This document shows, one piece after another, positions 9,689 to 18,987 of a stretch of DNA of 44,568 bases. Both the position numbers and the translations under genes were made by a program. Numbering within the stretch: the stretch's first letter is position 1; every line of letters starts with the position of its first letter. The notes under the pieces are model-generated. The model had not been told where the DNA came from. It did not search any database and saw only the letters and a program-made list of their open reading frames with translations. The DNA is from Chitinophagales bacterium (GTDB lineage Bacteria; Bacteroidota; Bacteroidia; Chitinophagales; UBA2359), in NCBI GenBank assembly GCA_020628375.1, contig JAHDFD010000027.1:1-44568 (forward strand), in the 5' to 3' direction.

Positions 9689-11859
9689 TGTTTGTTTTTA
9701 GATTTAAAAATTTTATGTGTGTGAAATAAATTATTGTCCAATTGATTAACTATATAATATAAACCACTAGGCAAATATGAAGTATCCAAAATAATTTCAC
9801 CTTTAGTTTCAAAAGGGAGAATATCAATAATTTGCCCGATACTATTCAAAAAAATTAATTGAGAATTTTGAACCTTGGAAGATTCAATAATTAAGTGATC
9901 ATTAAATGGATTGGGATAAAAAACTAATTCGGACTGAGCTCCAACCTCATGAGTTCCTACATATTGAACATTTTCTTCAATTGTGTACTTCATTAAGTTT
10001 AAACCTCCTTTGCTGTTCCCTACAACTATATACTTGATATTGTTGTGTGTAAAAAATGCTGGTTTTGTAGCTTTTGATCTGAAATTGAGCGTATCTGTAG
10101 GCAAAAGTGTATTTGATGATAGAACATCAATATTTTCATAAAAGTACAGTTTTCCATCAACAGATCCTACATAAAAGTTTAAAGTATCATTTAGATATTC
10201 GATTGTAATAGTACTATTACCAGATGATGTACCAGGTACCTGAACATTAATGTTACTTATATATTCATTAGTTATTTCAAATTCAGGTATGTTAGATTCG
10301 TTCAGACCAATATTGGTCAACAACCCTACGGTCCCTGAACTTCTTCCAAAGATAATATCTGAAGCTCCATCGTTATTATAGTCAAAAGAAACAGGACTAG
10401 ATGCAGAACCAAAATCCAATTCGAAGCTACCATCTTCTCCAAGCAGATGCCCAAGATAAGTGTAATCGTTATTCTCGTTTAAAAAATAATGAAACTTTCC
10501 AGAAATAGCACCAATCACTATATCATCATCTCCATCTGCATCAAAATCGCCAAATGTTAAATCAAAATTTGAATCAGCAATTCCGGAAAAATCAAACAAC
10601 TCATTCGTCACTAATTCAAAAGAGGGAGTTTCTTCTGAACTGTTATTTCTTAGTATAGATAAATAAAAATCATTTTGATTTGTTTCTTGATTTCTAAAAT
10701 TATTGATAACAAGTATATCAATCAATCCATCTTTATTATAATCATACATTACCGGTTTTGAATAACGCCCTATATCGAACATAGTATTTACTAAAAAATC
10801 TTGTTGAACTAAGTTATATTCTCCTTCATTATTATCGTATAACCAAGCAATTTCAAAAGGTTCGTTACTAAAATTCTCATACTGTTTCGTAACCACTAAA
10901 TCTTCATCTCCATCGTTATCAGCATCAATAAAATTCGGAAGTGGACGACTATTAATTTCAGCAGGCTCATCAAAAGGAAAACCTTCAGAAAATGAACTAA
11001 AAAATGCTACATTTTCTATTCCTTCATTCAATAAAACCTTAAATCCTTCGAAGCGTGAATCACTCATTAACAAATCAACTTTACCGTCATCGTTTAAGTC
11101 TTTAACAAAAATTGAAGGAACAATATGAAGTTTTTCTTCAATTAAATCTGAATAGTCCAGTTTTGAGTTGCAGTCACTATTAAATATAAGACTGTCATTA
11201 TCAAATCGATACTGAAATTTGCCCCAACACTCATCAGAAAGATTAAAGAATAGGCTGTCGGGATTAGTAGAAAACTCAGAAGATATATTTTCAAAAAAGT
11301 TAATAAACTGTCCTGTTGGATCAAAGTGAATAAAGTCGATATCACCATCACTATCGGAATCAAAAAAAGCAGGGGTTTCATCGGCTACAATATTACCTAC
11401 TGTTGAGTTTATAAAATAAGACTCTGAAGCAAATTCTAAGAGCCCATTATTTATATTGCCCAAATAACAACTTATCTTGAAGTTGTCATTGGTAATAAGA
11501 TCTTTCACCCCATCCTCATTAAAATCTTCAATAAAAACAAAGTTAAGAACTTTTGTATCCTTGTAAGGATTTGCCGATACATGTACCCACTTATTATCAA
11601 CTGTCCATTCAAACACTTCAATTGAATTGTCTGCATCATCAAAAACAATTAAGTCATCATCACCATCAAGATCAAAATCAACTTTATGTAGTGAAGTCGC
11701 ATCCATTCCTCCTGCCCAGGGATTAACCAGAATTTCACCATCTTTTATAATGGTTATAGAATTATCTGGTTTCCATGAATAATTATCATTCTGAGCTTTT
11801 AAACAAAGATTGAAATTAAATAAAAATAAGAGAGCAAATATGCTTTTTGGGGAATACAA
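9685..11859 (-). CDS. T9SS-secreted FG-GAP/VCBS-like beta-propeller repeat protein (724 aa) with a C-terminal Por/T9SS sorting domain
   Basis: TTG start at 11859-11857 followed by a signal peptide (SIFALLFLFNFNLCLKAQ). Eight or more DxDxDGxxD-type repeats are present (DLDGDDDLIVFDD, DSDSDGDIDFIHFD, DADNDGDEDLVVT, DFDADGDDDIVIGA and others). The C-terminal ~80 aa (ELVFYPNPFNDHLIIE...LPSGLYYIVN) match the T9SS type A CTD. The stop TGA at 9685-9687 overlaps the ATG of the giant downstream gene as ATGA. Confidence 0.8.
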   Translation of the reverse strand: MYSPKSIFALLFLFNFNLCLKAQNDNYSWKPDNSITIIKDGEILVNPWAGGMDATSLHKVDFDLDGDDDLIVFDDADNSIEVFEWTVDNKWVHVSANPYKDTKVLNFVFIEDFNEDGVKDLITNDNFKISCYLGNINNGLLEFASESYFINSTVGNIVADETPAFFDSDSDGDIDFIHFDPTGQFINFFENISSEFSTNPDSLFFNLSDECWGKFQYRFDNDSLIFNSDCNSKLDYSDLIEEKLHIVPSIFVKDLNDDGKVDLLMSDSRFEGFKVLLNEGIENVAFFSSFSEGFPFDEPAEINSRPLPNFIDADNDGDEDLVVTKQYENFSNEPFEIAWLYDNNEGEYNLVQQDFLVNTMFDIGRYSKPVMYDYNKDGLIDILVINNFRNQETNQNDFYLSILRNNSSEETPSFELVTNELFDFSGIADSNFDLTFGDFDADGDDDIVIGAISGKFHYFLNENNDYTYLGHLLGEDGSFELDFGSASSPVSFDYNNDGASDIIFGRSSGTVGLLTNIGLNESNIPEFEITNEYISNINVQVPGTSSGNSTITIEYLNDTLNFYVGSVDGKLYFYENIDVLSSNTLLPTDTLNFRSKATKPAFFTHNNIKYIVVGNSKGGLNLMKYTIEENVQYVGTHEVGAQSELVFYPNPFNDHLIIESSKVQNSQLIFLNSIGQIIDILPFETKGEIILDTSYLPSGLYYIVNQLDNNLFHTHKIFKSKNKQ

Positions 11860-12003
11860 TATTTAAAATTTACAGAGACTAAAAACTAAATATATAAACC
11901 GAATGTCGTAAATCTATTGACAATCAACATTTTTTGCAATTTCGGTCGGGAAAATCACAAAAAAATAATTAAAGCGTCGAAAAAAGAATACAGTAAAGGT
12001 GTT

Positions 12004-12011
12004 TACCTTTG
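12004..12011 (+). promoter_or_regulatory. Candidate Bacteroidota sigma-A -7 box (TAnnTTTG) 5 nt upstream of the tktB ATG, which would imply a leaderless or near-leaderless transcript
   Basis: tacctttg at 12004-12011, ATG at 12017. No clear -33 TTG was seen. Confidence 0.3.
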
Positions 12012-12016
12012 CAGCT

Positions 12017-12982
12017 ATGGCAAAATTTGAGCAATATACACCTACCGGAAAATCTGATACACGCTCTGGTTTCGGAGCAGGATTATTAGAATTAGGCAAT
12101 GAGAATGAGCAGGTTGTAGCACTTTGTGCTGACCTGACCGGATCGTTAAAAATGGGAGATTTCAAGAAAGCATTTCCCGATCGTTTTTTTCAGGTAGGTA
12201 TTGCCGAAGCCAATATGATCGGATTGGCAGCAGGATTAACCATAGGAGGGAAAATTCCTTTTACCGGAACTTTTGCCAATTTCTCAACAGGCAGGGTTTA
12301 TGATCAGATACGCCAGTCGGTTGCTTATTCACACAAGAATGTAAAAATATGTGCTTCTCATGCAGGTATTACACTTGGAGAAGATGGCGCAACGCATCAA
12401 ATCTTAGAAGATATAGGAATGATGAAAATGTTACCCGGAATGACGGTAGTTGTTCCTTGTGATTATACTCAGACCAAGTTAGCTACTAAAGCGATTGCAG
12501 AACTTGATGGTCCTTGTTATCTTCGTTTCGGTCGTCCGAAATGGCCAATATTCACTGCTGAAGATCAAAACTTTGAAATAGGAAAGGCTCAGGTTTTAGC
12601 TGAAGGAAATGATGTTACTATTATTGCCTGTGGGCACTTGGTATGGAAGGCTATTGAGGCAGCTAAAGTTTTGGAAGAAAAAGGTATTTCTGTAGAATTG
12701 ATCAATATGCACACCATTAAACCACTCGATGATGAAGCTATTATAAAAAGTGTTCAAAAAACAGGCTGTGTAATCACATGTGAAGAACACAATATACTTG
12801 GTGGCTTGGGTGAAAGTGTTTCCAGAGTATTATCTATGCATTATCCGGCTCCCCAAGAATTCATTGCAACAAAAGACACTTTTGGCGAAAGTGGAACACC
12901 AGATCAACTAATGGACAAATATGGTCTTTCTACTGAGGCAATTGTGGCTGCAGGGGAAAGGGTTGTTGGGAGGAAGAAATAA
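12017..12982 (+). CDS. tktB: Transketolase, C-terminal (pyrimidine-binding) subunit
   Basis: MAKFEQYTPTGKSDTRSGFGAGLLELG...FQVGIAEANMIGLAAGL...PCYLRFGRP is a typical split-transketolase C-subunit. An alternative ATG at 11999 lies inside a TAnnTTTG box, so 12017 is preferred but not certain. Confidence 0.85.
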   Translation: MAKFEQYTPTGKSDTRSGFGAGLLELGNENEQVVALCADLTGSLKMGDFKKAFPDRFFQVGIAEANMIGLAAGLTIGGKIPFTGTFANFSTGRVYDQIRQSVAYSHKNVKICASHAGITLGEDGATHQILEDIGMMKMLPGMTVVVPCDYTQTKLATKAIAELDGPCYLRFGRPKWPIFTAEDQNFEIGKAQVLAEGNDVTIIACGHLVWKAIEAAKVLEEKGISVELINMHTIKPLDDEAIIKSVQKTGCVITCEEHNILGGLGESVSRVLSMHYPAPQEFIATKDTFGESGTPDQLMDKYGLSTEAIVAAGERVVGRKK

Positions 12983-13007
12983 TTTTAAATTCGTAATTAT
13001 TGATTCT

Positions 13008-13358
13008 TTGGACAATCCAGTAAAAGATAAAAGCTTCGATTTTGCAGTTAGAATTGTGAATTTGTATAAATACCTTGTTAATACAAAGAAAGAATTTGTA
13101 CTCAGCAAACAATTATTACGCTCAGGAACCTCAGTAGGTGCTAATGTTAGAGAAGCTCAAAATGCTGAAAGCAAAAAAGATTTTATTCACAAACTCTCAA
13201 TTGCACAAAAAGAATGTGACGAAACACTTTATTGGTTAGAATTACTTTGTAAAACAAATTTTATTTCATCAAGTGAATTTGATAGCATTTATAACGAAGG
13301 CGTATCGGTTTTAAAATTGCTAAAACGAATAATTATTAGCACAAAAAATAATTCATAA
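13008..13358 (+). CDS. Four-helix-bundle protein of the TIGR02436 family (so-called 23S rRNA-intervening-sequence protein)
   Basis: KSFDFAVRIVNLYKYL...LSKQLLRSGTSVGANVREAQNAESKKDFIHKLSIAQKECDETLYWLELL matches the family signature. The ORF frame has no ATG, and the most plausible start is TTG at 13008. The gene lies 26 nt after the tktB stop. Confidence 0.65.
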   Translation: MDNPVKDKSFDFAVRIVNLYKYLVNTKKEFVLSKQLLRSGTSVGANVREAQNAESKKDFIHKLSIAQKECDETLYWLELLCKTNFISSSEFDSIYNEGVSVLKLLKRIIISTKNNS

Positions 13359-13376
13359 TCAAGCATTAATAATCAC

Positions 13377-14114
13377 CTAAAAGCTTCGCTTCTTTAATTC
13401 AAAATCTTTACCTAAATAGACTTCCCTAACAGTTTCATCGGCAGCCAATTCTTCAGCAGTGCCTGCTTTCAACAGATTACCTTCAAACATAAGATAGGCT
13501 CTATCGGTAATTGAAAGCGTTTCATGTACATTGTGATCTGTAATGAGTACACCAATATTTCTGTGAATTAATTTGGCAACGATCATTTGAATTTCTGCAA
13601 CCTGAATCGGATCGACCCCTGCAAAGGGCTCATCCAATAAAATAAAGTTAGGACTGGTTGCTAAAGCTCTGGCGATCTCGGTTCTTCTTCTTTCACCTCC
13701 AGACAATGCTTTACCCAAAGTGGTATTCCTTATGTGCATTAAGCCGAACTCTTCCAATAATTCTTCCAGCTTGTCTTTCTGTTCTGCTTTGGAAAGTTTT
13801 GTCATTTCAAGCACCGCTTTAATATTATCTTCTACGTTCAGATGCCTGAAAACAGAAGCTTCCTGCGGCAAATAGCCAACCCCCATTTGTGCACGTTTAT
13901 ACATCGCTTTCTTAGTAATATTCTTTTCATCTAAAAATACTTTTCCTTCATCGGGCTTTATCAAACCAACCACCATATAAAAGGTAGTGGTTTTTCCAGC
14001 TCCATTAGGTCCTAGCAAACCAACTATTTCACCCTGAGCTACTTCTACTGAAATCTGATTAACGACGGTTCGGCCGCCATATCTTTTCACCAATTTATCG
14101 GAACGTAAAATCAC
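13377..14114 (-). CDS. lptB: LPS export ABC transporter ATP-binding protein
   Basis: Walker [15 protein letters not shown] signature LSGGERRR, Walker [12 protein letters not shown], 245 aa. The C-terminal extension is typical of LptB. Confidence 0.85.
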   Translation of the reverse strand: MILRSDKLVKRYGGRTVVNQISVEVAQGEIVGLLGPNGAGKTTTFYMVVGLIKPDEGKVFLDEKNITKKAMYKRAQMGVGYLPQEASVFRHLNVEDNIKAVLEMTKLSKAEQKDKLEELLEEFGLMHIRNTTLGKALSGGERRRTEIARALATSPNFILLDEPFAGVDPIQVAEIQMIVAKLIHRNIGVLITDHNVHETLSITDRAYLMFEGNLLKAGTAEELAADETVREVYLGKDFELKKRSF

Positions 14115-14278
14115 TATTTTTTTCTTTTTTTGATATTTTTTTTAATTTTTTTCAATATTATTTAAACCCAATTAAAAATATTGTATCTAAAGTGCATCTT
14201 GTGATTTGGAAGATCATTGGATTTTGGTAAGCAATTTTGATTTTGAGAAGGTGTATTTGTTCTGCAAGTACACCTTTT

Positions 14279-14794
14279 TCATTTTATGGTAACCTTTTCT
14301 TCCCCTTTTTTCAAACTAACAGTAATGTGTTCTAATAAAGTAGTCGATAGGCGTATGCCTACATAATCTGCTTTTATTGGAAATAGTTTATGTTCCCTGT
14401 CTACCAAAACTGCGACTTGTATTTTTTGTGGTAAAGCTTCTAATAAAGGCTGAATGGCATAACATAAGGTTCTTCCTGTATTCGCTACATCATCAACAAT
14501 AATGACCACCTTGTCATTTAATTCATGTGCTTTTAAACGCTTATCTAATTCAATTTTTCCTTCAGTAGGATTTTCTGGATTGAGGTCTATTCTGTAGCCA
14601 ATACTTTTCAGATCTGAAATATCAGCAACAACTTTCTTTATCCTTTTTGCCAACTCCGTTCCTCCTTCCCGAATTCCAATAAAGATCAATTCTGAAGCCG
14701 AATAATTATGCTCATAAATCTCATAAGCTATTCGTTCGATTTTCTTTTCTATATCTGATCTATCAAGAATTATATTTTCCACAATAATTTCCAT
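14279..14794 (-). CDS. pyrR: PyrR-like bifunctional pyrimidine regulatory protein / uracil phosphoribosyltransferase
   Basis: PRPP-binding loop VVIIVDDVANTGRT, plus LVDREHKLFPIKADYVG. It aligns along its full length to PyrR (IGIREGG..LAKRI, IDL, YRDD-like region). 171 aa. Confidence 0.7.
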   Translation of the reverse strand: MEIIVENIILDRSDIEKKIERIAYEIYEHNYSASELIFIGIREGGTELAKRIKKVVADISDLKSIGYRIDLNPENPTEGKIELDKRLKAHELNDKVVIIVDDVANTGRTLCYAIQPLLEALPQKIQVAVLVDREHKLFPIKADYVGIRLSTTLLEHITVSLKKGEEKVTIK

Positions 14795-15029
14795 TTCATT
14801 TCAATCTTTAATAAGAGCATGATTAAACAATAACAAAATAGCATTCTATATTAAAAAAGTATTGAAAGCCAAATTTTTATTGGCATCTTTAGCATTTTTT
14901 AATGAAGTATGCCGAAATTAGCCCTTAAAGTAAAGCTACTTCAAAACTTGCTTATAAAAATATTGTTAAACATTAATATGAGTAAGGCATCTTTTTTGTC
15001 TTAGCAAGCATAGTAAAAGCTCAAAGATA

Positions 15030-16361
15030 ATGATTCAACAAATACTGTTTATTCTGGTTTTAGCGGGATTAGGTTGGTTTGCCTATCAGCGCTATTCTGA
15101 AATTTGGCAAAATATAAAACGTGGGAAGGATCTGGCAATAGAAGGAGATTCCGGCGTGCGCATGAAAAACATGATCCTACTGGCGTTTGGTCAGAAAAAG
15201 ATGTTCAAGAATTTCATTCCTGCCATTTTTCACTTTTTCATTTATGCTGCCTTCATGGTAACACAAATCGAGCTGATTGAAATTTTCGTCGATGGAATTT
15301 TCGGTGTGCATCGATTCTTTGCTCCTTATTTGGGTGCTTTTTATACCTTCATCATAAGCTTTATTGAAATATTATCTTTATTGGCATTGGTGGCAACTTT
15401 TGTATTTCTTGCAAGAAGAAACCTTCTGAAAGTTCCAAGATTAACCATGAATGAAATGAATGGCTGGCCAAAATTAGATGGTAATCTTATTCTTTATGGT
15501 GAGTTATTTCTAGTGGCTTGCATCTTTACAATGAACGGAACAGATACCGTTTTACAAAAAATCGATCCTGCCCATTATCCAAGTACAGGTTTTCTTGCCA
15601 TTTCGGGTTGGTTAGGTCCTGCTTTATTTGGTGGTTTAGGAGAAGGAACGCTAAAAATACTTGAGCGTATTGGCTGGTGGGGACACATCTTAGGTGTTTT
15701 TGGTTTTATTGCTTATTTACCATTTTCAAAGCACTTACACATTTTGTTAGCATTCCCTAATGCTTATTTCAGTAGTTTAGAATCTAAAGGAAAAATGAGA
15801 AATATGCCTGAGATTGCTGCAGAGGTAAAACTAATGATGGATCCTAATGCACCTATTCCTGAAGAAGACCCTAATGCCGGCCCTGTATCGTTCGGAGCTA
15901 ATGATGTTGATGGCTTAAGCTGGAAAAACTTACTAGATGCTTATGCTTGTACAGAATGTGGAAGATGTACCGCAAACTGTCCGGCGAATCAAACTGGGAA
16001 AGAACTATCTCCACGTGCGATTATGATGAAAACGCGTGATCGCATGGAAGACCTGAGTAAATTTGAAAAGGCTGGTGGCAATAAAGAAGAAGGGGATGGA
16101 AAAGCATTACTTGGTGATTATATTACCAAAGAAGAAATAAATGCTTGTACAACGTGTAACGCATGTGTGGAAGAATGTCCTGTTTCTATCAATCCTTTAT
16201 CGATCATTACAGAATTACGTCGTTATACGATCTTAGATGCTGCCGATTCTCCTGAAGAATGGAATTTGATGTTCGGTAATGTTGAAAACAATGGAGCTGT
16301 TTGGCAGTTCAATCCACAGGACAGAGCAAAATGGGTTGAAGAACTTGAGGAGGGGTCGTGA
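15030..16361 (+). CDS. Membrane-anchored (Fe-S)-binding protein with a 4Fe-4S dicluster domain (HdrD/GlpC-like, N-terminal half)
   Basis: Several N-terminal hydrophobic helices, then two Cys clusters CTECGRCTANCP and CTTCNACVEECP. Confidence 0.75.
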   Translation: MIQQILFILVLAGLGWFAYQRYSEIWQNIKRGKDLAIEGDSGVRMKNMILLAFGQKKMFKNFIPAIFHFFIYAAFMVTQIELIEIFVDGIFGVHRFFAPYLGAFYTFIISFIEILSLLALVATFVFLARRNLLKVPRLTMNEMNGWPKLDGNLILYGELFLVACIFTMNGTDTVLQKIDPAHYPSTGFLAISGWLGPALFGGLGEGTLKILERIGWWGHILGVFGFIAYLPFSKHLHILLAFPNAYFSSLESKGKMRNMPEIAAEVKLMMDPNAPIPEEDPNAGPVSFGANDVDGLSWKNLLDAYACTECGRCTANCPANQTGKELSPRAIMMKTRDRMEDLSKFEKAGGNKEEGDGKALLGDYITKEEINACTTCNACVEECPVSINPLSIITELRRYTILDAADSPEEWNLMFGNVENNGAVWQFNPQDRAKWVEELEEGS

Positions 16362-16393
16362 TGGTTGATGGTTGATGGTTGATGGTTGATATA
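16359..16393 (+). repeat. (TGATGGT)x4 plus TGATATA heptamer array starting on the stop codon of the Fe-S gene
   Basis: tgatggttgatggttgatggttgatggttgatata. The 7-nt periodicity places TGA in all three frames. Confidence 0.9.
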
Positions 16394-16421
16394 ATTGTAA
16401 TTAATAACAAAGAAAGAAAAT

Positions 16422-17201
16422 ATGCAGGTAGTACCAATAATGGCTGATTTATTTGCCGAGGGAAAACAACCCGAAGTTTTATTCTGGGTAGGTTGTGCAG
16501 GAAGTTTTGACCAAAGAGCTCAAATGGTTACGAAGGCTTTTGTAAAAATACTGAATAAAGTAGGTGTAAGTTTTGCAATTCTCGGACCAGAAGAAAGCTG
16601 TACAGGTGATCCGGCAAGACGTTCAGGTAATGAGTTTTTATTTCAGATGCAGGCGGCAATGAATATTGAAGTCCTCAATATGTACGAAGTAAAACGCATT
16701 GTAACAACTTGTCCGCATTGTTTCAATACACTGAAAAATGAATATCCGGAATTAGGTGGTAATTACGAAGTAATACATCATACTACTTTCCTTCAGGAAT
16801 TAATTAACGATGGAAAGTTGAAATTAAAAGAAGGTGGAGATTTCAAAGGAAAAAGAATTTCTTACCACGACTCATGTTATTTAGGCAGAGCCAATGAAAT
16901 TTATGAAGCTCCACGTAAGGTTCTTGAACTATTAGATGCTGAATTAGTTGAAATGAAGCGTTGCAGAACAAAAGGTTTATGTTGTGGTGCCGGTGGAGCT
17001 CAAATGTTTAAGGAGGAAGAAGACGGAACTTTAAGGGTAAATCAGGAAAGAACAAAAGATGTTATAGAATCGAAAGCTGATTACATTGCTGTTGCTTGTC
17101 CGTTTTGCTCTACTATGTTAGGTGACGGAATTAAAGAAAAAGAAAAACAAGAAGAAATCAAGGTGCTTGATATTGCAGAAATGCTTGAGAAATTGATGTA
17201 A
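16422..17201 (+). CDS. CCG (cysteine-rich, DUF224) domain protein, partner of the upstream Fe-S protein (HdrD/GlpC-like, C-terminal half)
   Basis: Two CCG-type motifs are present: CPHCFNTLKNEYP and CCGAGGAQMF, with CPFCSTMLGD also present. Homologous gene pairs are separate genes in other Flavobacteriia (from memory, not searched). Confidence 0.75.
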   Translation: MQVVPIMADLFAEGKQPEVLFWVGCAGSFDQRAQMVTKAFVKILNKVGVSFAILGPEESCTGDPARRSGNEFLFQMQAAMNIEVLNMYEVKRIVTTCPHCFNTLKNEYPELGGNYEVIHHTTFLQELINDGKLKLKEGGDFKGKRISYHDSCYLGRANEIYEAPRKVLELLDAELVEMKRCRTKGLCCGAGGAQMFKEEEDGTLRVNQERTKDVIESKADYIAVACPFCSTMLGDGIKEKEKQEEIKVLDIAEMLEKLM

Positions 17202-17222
17202 TATCAACGTTTGGTCAGATAA

Positions 17223-17263
17223 TAAAAAAAGCCCGATGTAAGTTCTTACATCGGGCTTTTTTT
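17223..17263. terminator. Bidirectional rho-independent terminator between convergent genes
   Basis: aaaaaaagcccgatgtaag-ttc-ttacatcgggcttttttt. A 12-bp perfect stem is flanked by A- and T-runs. Confidence 0.8.
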
Positions 17264-17283
17264 ATCGCCATATTTTCTATTGA

Positions 17284-18987
17284 CTACAGTTTAAGATCAT
17301 CAATATTATCTAAGTATGTTTTAATACTTTCAACTGCATTTTTAATTGTTTCATGCTTAAATGGAGATTCAAGATTAGCAAAATCAACCAATTCAAGGAA
17401 AGATCGAGTTCCGCCTGCTCTGCAAAGGCGTAAATAATCTTCAAATGAAGCCTCTTTATTTTCCTGAGCTTTTGCCCAGAACTGTACTGCACAAATTTGA
17501 GCTAAGGTATAATCAATATAATAGAAAGGCATTTGGAAGATATGTCCTTGTTTTTGCCACATACCACCATTTTCTAAGTAAGGTATGCCATCATAATCTA
17601 AATGCGGTAAGTATTTTTTCTCAAGGTCAGACCAGGCTGCTCTTCTTTCTTCTGCACTTGCTTCAGGATTATCATATACCCAATGTTGGAATTCATCGAC
17701 ACAAACACCATAAGGTATAAAAAGAATAGCACTCGCTAAGTGTGAGTATTTATACTTTGTTGTATCATTTTCGAAGAACTCGTCCATCCAGGGCCAGGTA
17801 AAAAACTCCATACTCATCGAGTGTATTTCACAAGCTTCATAGGTTGGCCAATTATATTCAGGCAATTCATAATTTCTGCTTTCAAAAACCTGAAAAGCGT
17901 GTCCAGCTTCATGTGTTAATACGTCGATATCGTGAGACGTACCATTGAAATTAGAAAAAATAAACGGCGATTTTTCTTTGGAAATATAAGTACAGTAACC
18001 TCCACCTGCTTTTCCTTTTTTATTCACCAGATCCAGTAGATCCCGATCCAGCATAAATGAGAAGAAGTTTCCGGTTTCAGGTGATAGTTCATTGTACATT
18101 TTCTTTCCTTTCTGTACGATCCACTCAGGCGAACCTTTCGGTGTTGGATTTCCGGTTTTAAAATGATATCCTACATCATAAGCTTTAAGCCTGTCAACAC
18201 CAATTCTTTTTACCTGACGCTTTCTCAACTCAGTTGCAAAAGGTACAATATACTTTAAAACTGCATCTCTGAACTGGGCTACTTGTTCTCTGCGATAATC
18301 AGAACGCAACATTCTGTCATAACCCATTTCAACAAAATTCTTATAACCAAGCTTAGTTGCCATTGCATGACGTACTTTAACCTGTTTATCATAAATTTCA
18401 TCGAACTGCTCCATATTTTCAGCAAAGAAATTCCAAAAAGCTTTGTATGCCTTTTCACGAACTGCTCTATCATTAGATTGCATAAAAGGTTGTAAACCTG
18501 CCAAATTGTATTCTTTACCTTCAAAATCTATCTTCGCAGAAGCACACAACTTACCGTAATCACTACCTAATTTATTTTCCAAAGCCAAATCATCAACTAT
18601 CTCATCGCTGACTGTTTTACTAGTCATTTCTGCAATACGAAATAATTGCTGTCCCCAATATCCTTTTAGCTCATCTTTATAATCTGAATTAACTAAACAC
18701 TTATAGTATTCGTTAATGATAAGCTGAAACTTAGGTAAGTTATCGTTGAAAAAGTCATTTTCTTTTTCGTAAGCTTCATCGTTTGTATCGATAGTATGAC
18801 GAATATGAGCCAAGTTCCACATACTATCAAATTCACTCCTGTGCTCATTAATAGCTGCAATTAATTGATTCTGTTTGTCTTTACTATCTGCTTTGGAAAA
18901 CTCATTTAAAAGCGTCTGCATTTTCTTACGCATTTGCTCTACATCGGGGCGGGTATATTGGTAGTTATTAAAGGTTACTTTTGTCAT
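17284..18987 (-). CDS. pepF: M3-family oligoendopeptidase (PepF-like)
   Basis: HEAGHAFQ zinc motif, 567 aa, PepF-like overall layout. Confidence 0.8.
   Translation of the reverse strand: MTKVTFNNYQYTRPDVEQMRKKMQTLLNEFSKADSKDKQNQLIAAINEHRSEFDSMWNLAHIRHTIDTNDEAYEKENDFFNDNLPKFQLIINEYYKCLVNSDYKDELKGYWGQQLFRIAEMTSKTVSDEIVDDLALENKLGSDYGKLCASAKIDFEGKEYNLAGLQPFMQSNDRAVREKAYKAFWNFFAENMEQFDEIYDKQVKVRHAMATKLGYKNFVEMGYDRMLRSDYRREQVAQFRDAVLKYIVPFATELRKRQVKRIGVDRLKAYDVGYHFKTGNPTPKGSPEWIVQKGKKMYNELSPETGNFFSFMLDRDLLDLVNKKGKAGGGYCTYISKEKSPFIFSNFNGTSHDIDVLTHEAGHAFQVFESRNYELPEYNWPTYEACEIHSMSMEFFTWPWMDEFFENDTTKYKYSHLASAILFIPYGVCVDEFQHWVYDNPEASAEERRAAWSDLEKKYLPHLDYDGIPYLENGGMWQKQGHIFQMPFYYIDYTLAQICAVQFWAKAQENKEASFEDYLRLCRAGGTRSFLELVDFANLESPFKHETIKNAVESIKTYLDNIDDLKL

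Noticed and set aside
11142-11381. Nested or antisense small ORFs inside larger genes (11142-11381, 12596-12790, 17310-17492, 18279-18524, 23045-23257, 30373-30668, 31487-32210, 37308-38031, 42480-42875 and others)
   Set aside because: They lie entirely within well-supported longer CDSs on the same or opposite strand, have low-complexity composition, and have no independent signals.
11999-12016. ATG at 11999 as the tktB start (MFTFAAMAKFEQ)
   Set aside because: The extra six residues overlap a TAnnTTTG promoter-like box and are not typical of TktB N-termini. 12017 is preferred but unproven.
14240-14290. Hairpin ggtgtatttgttctgcaagtacacc followed by a T-run on the plus strand, considered as a terminator
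   Set aside because: No plus-strand gene ends upstream of it. On the minus strand, the pyrR-like gene's coding strand, it is preceded rather than followed by the A/T run. It may be an attenuator or operator but is not a supported terminator.
15030-17201. Fe-S protein and CCG-domain protein as one gene disrupted by a frameshift (pseudogene)
   Set aside because: The first ORF ends at a clean stop followed by a 60-nt spacer, and the second has its own start. Homologous pairs are separate genes in other Flavobacteriia as far as I recall. Treated as two genes, but see the finding on the spacer.
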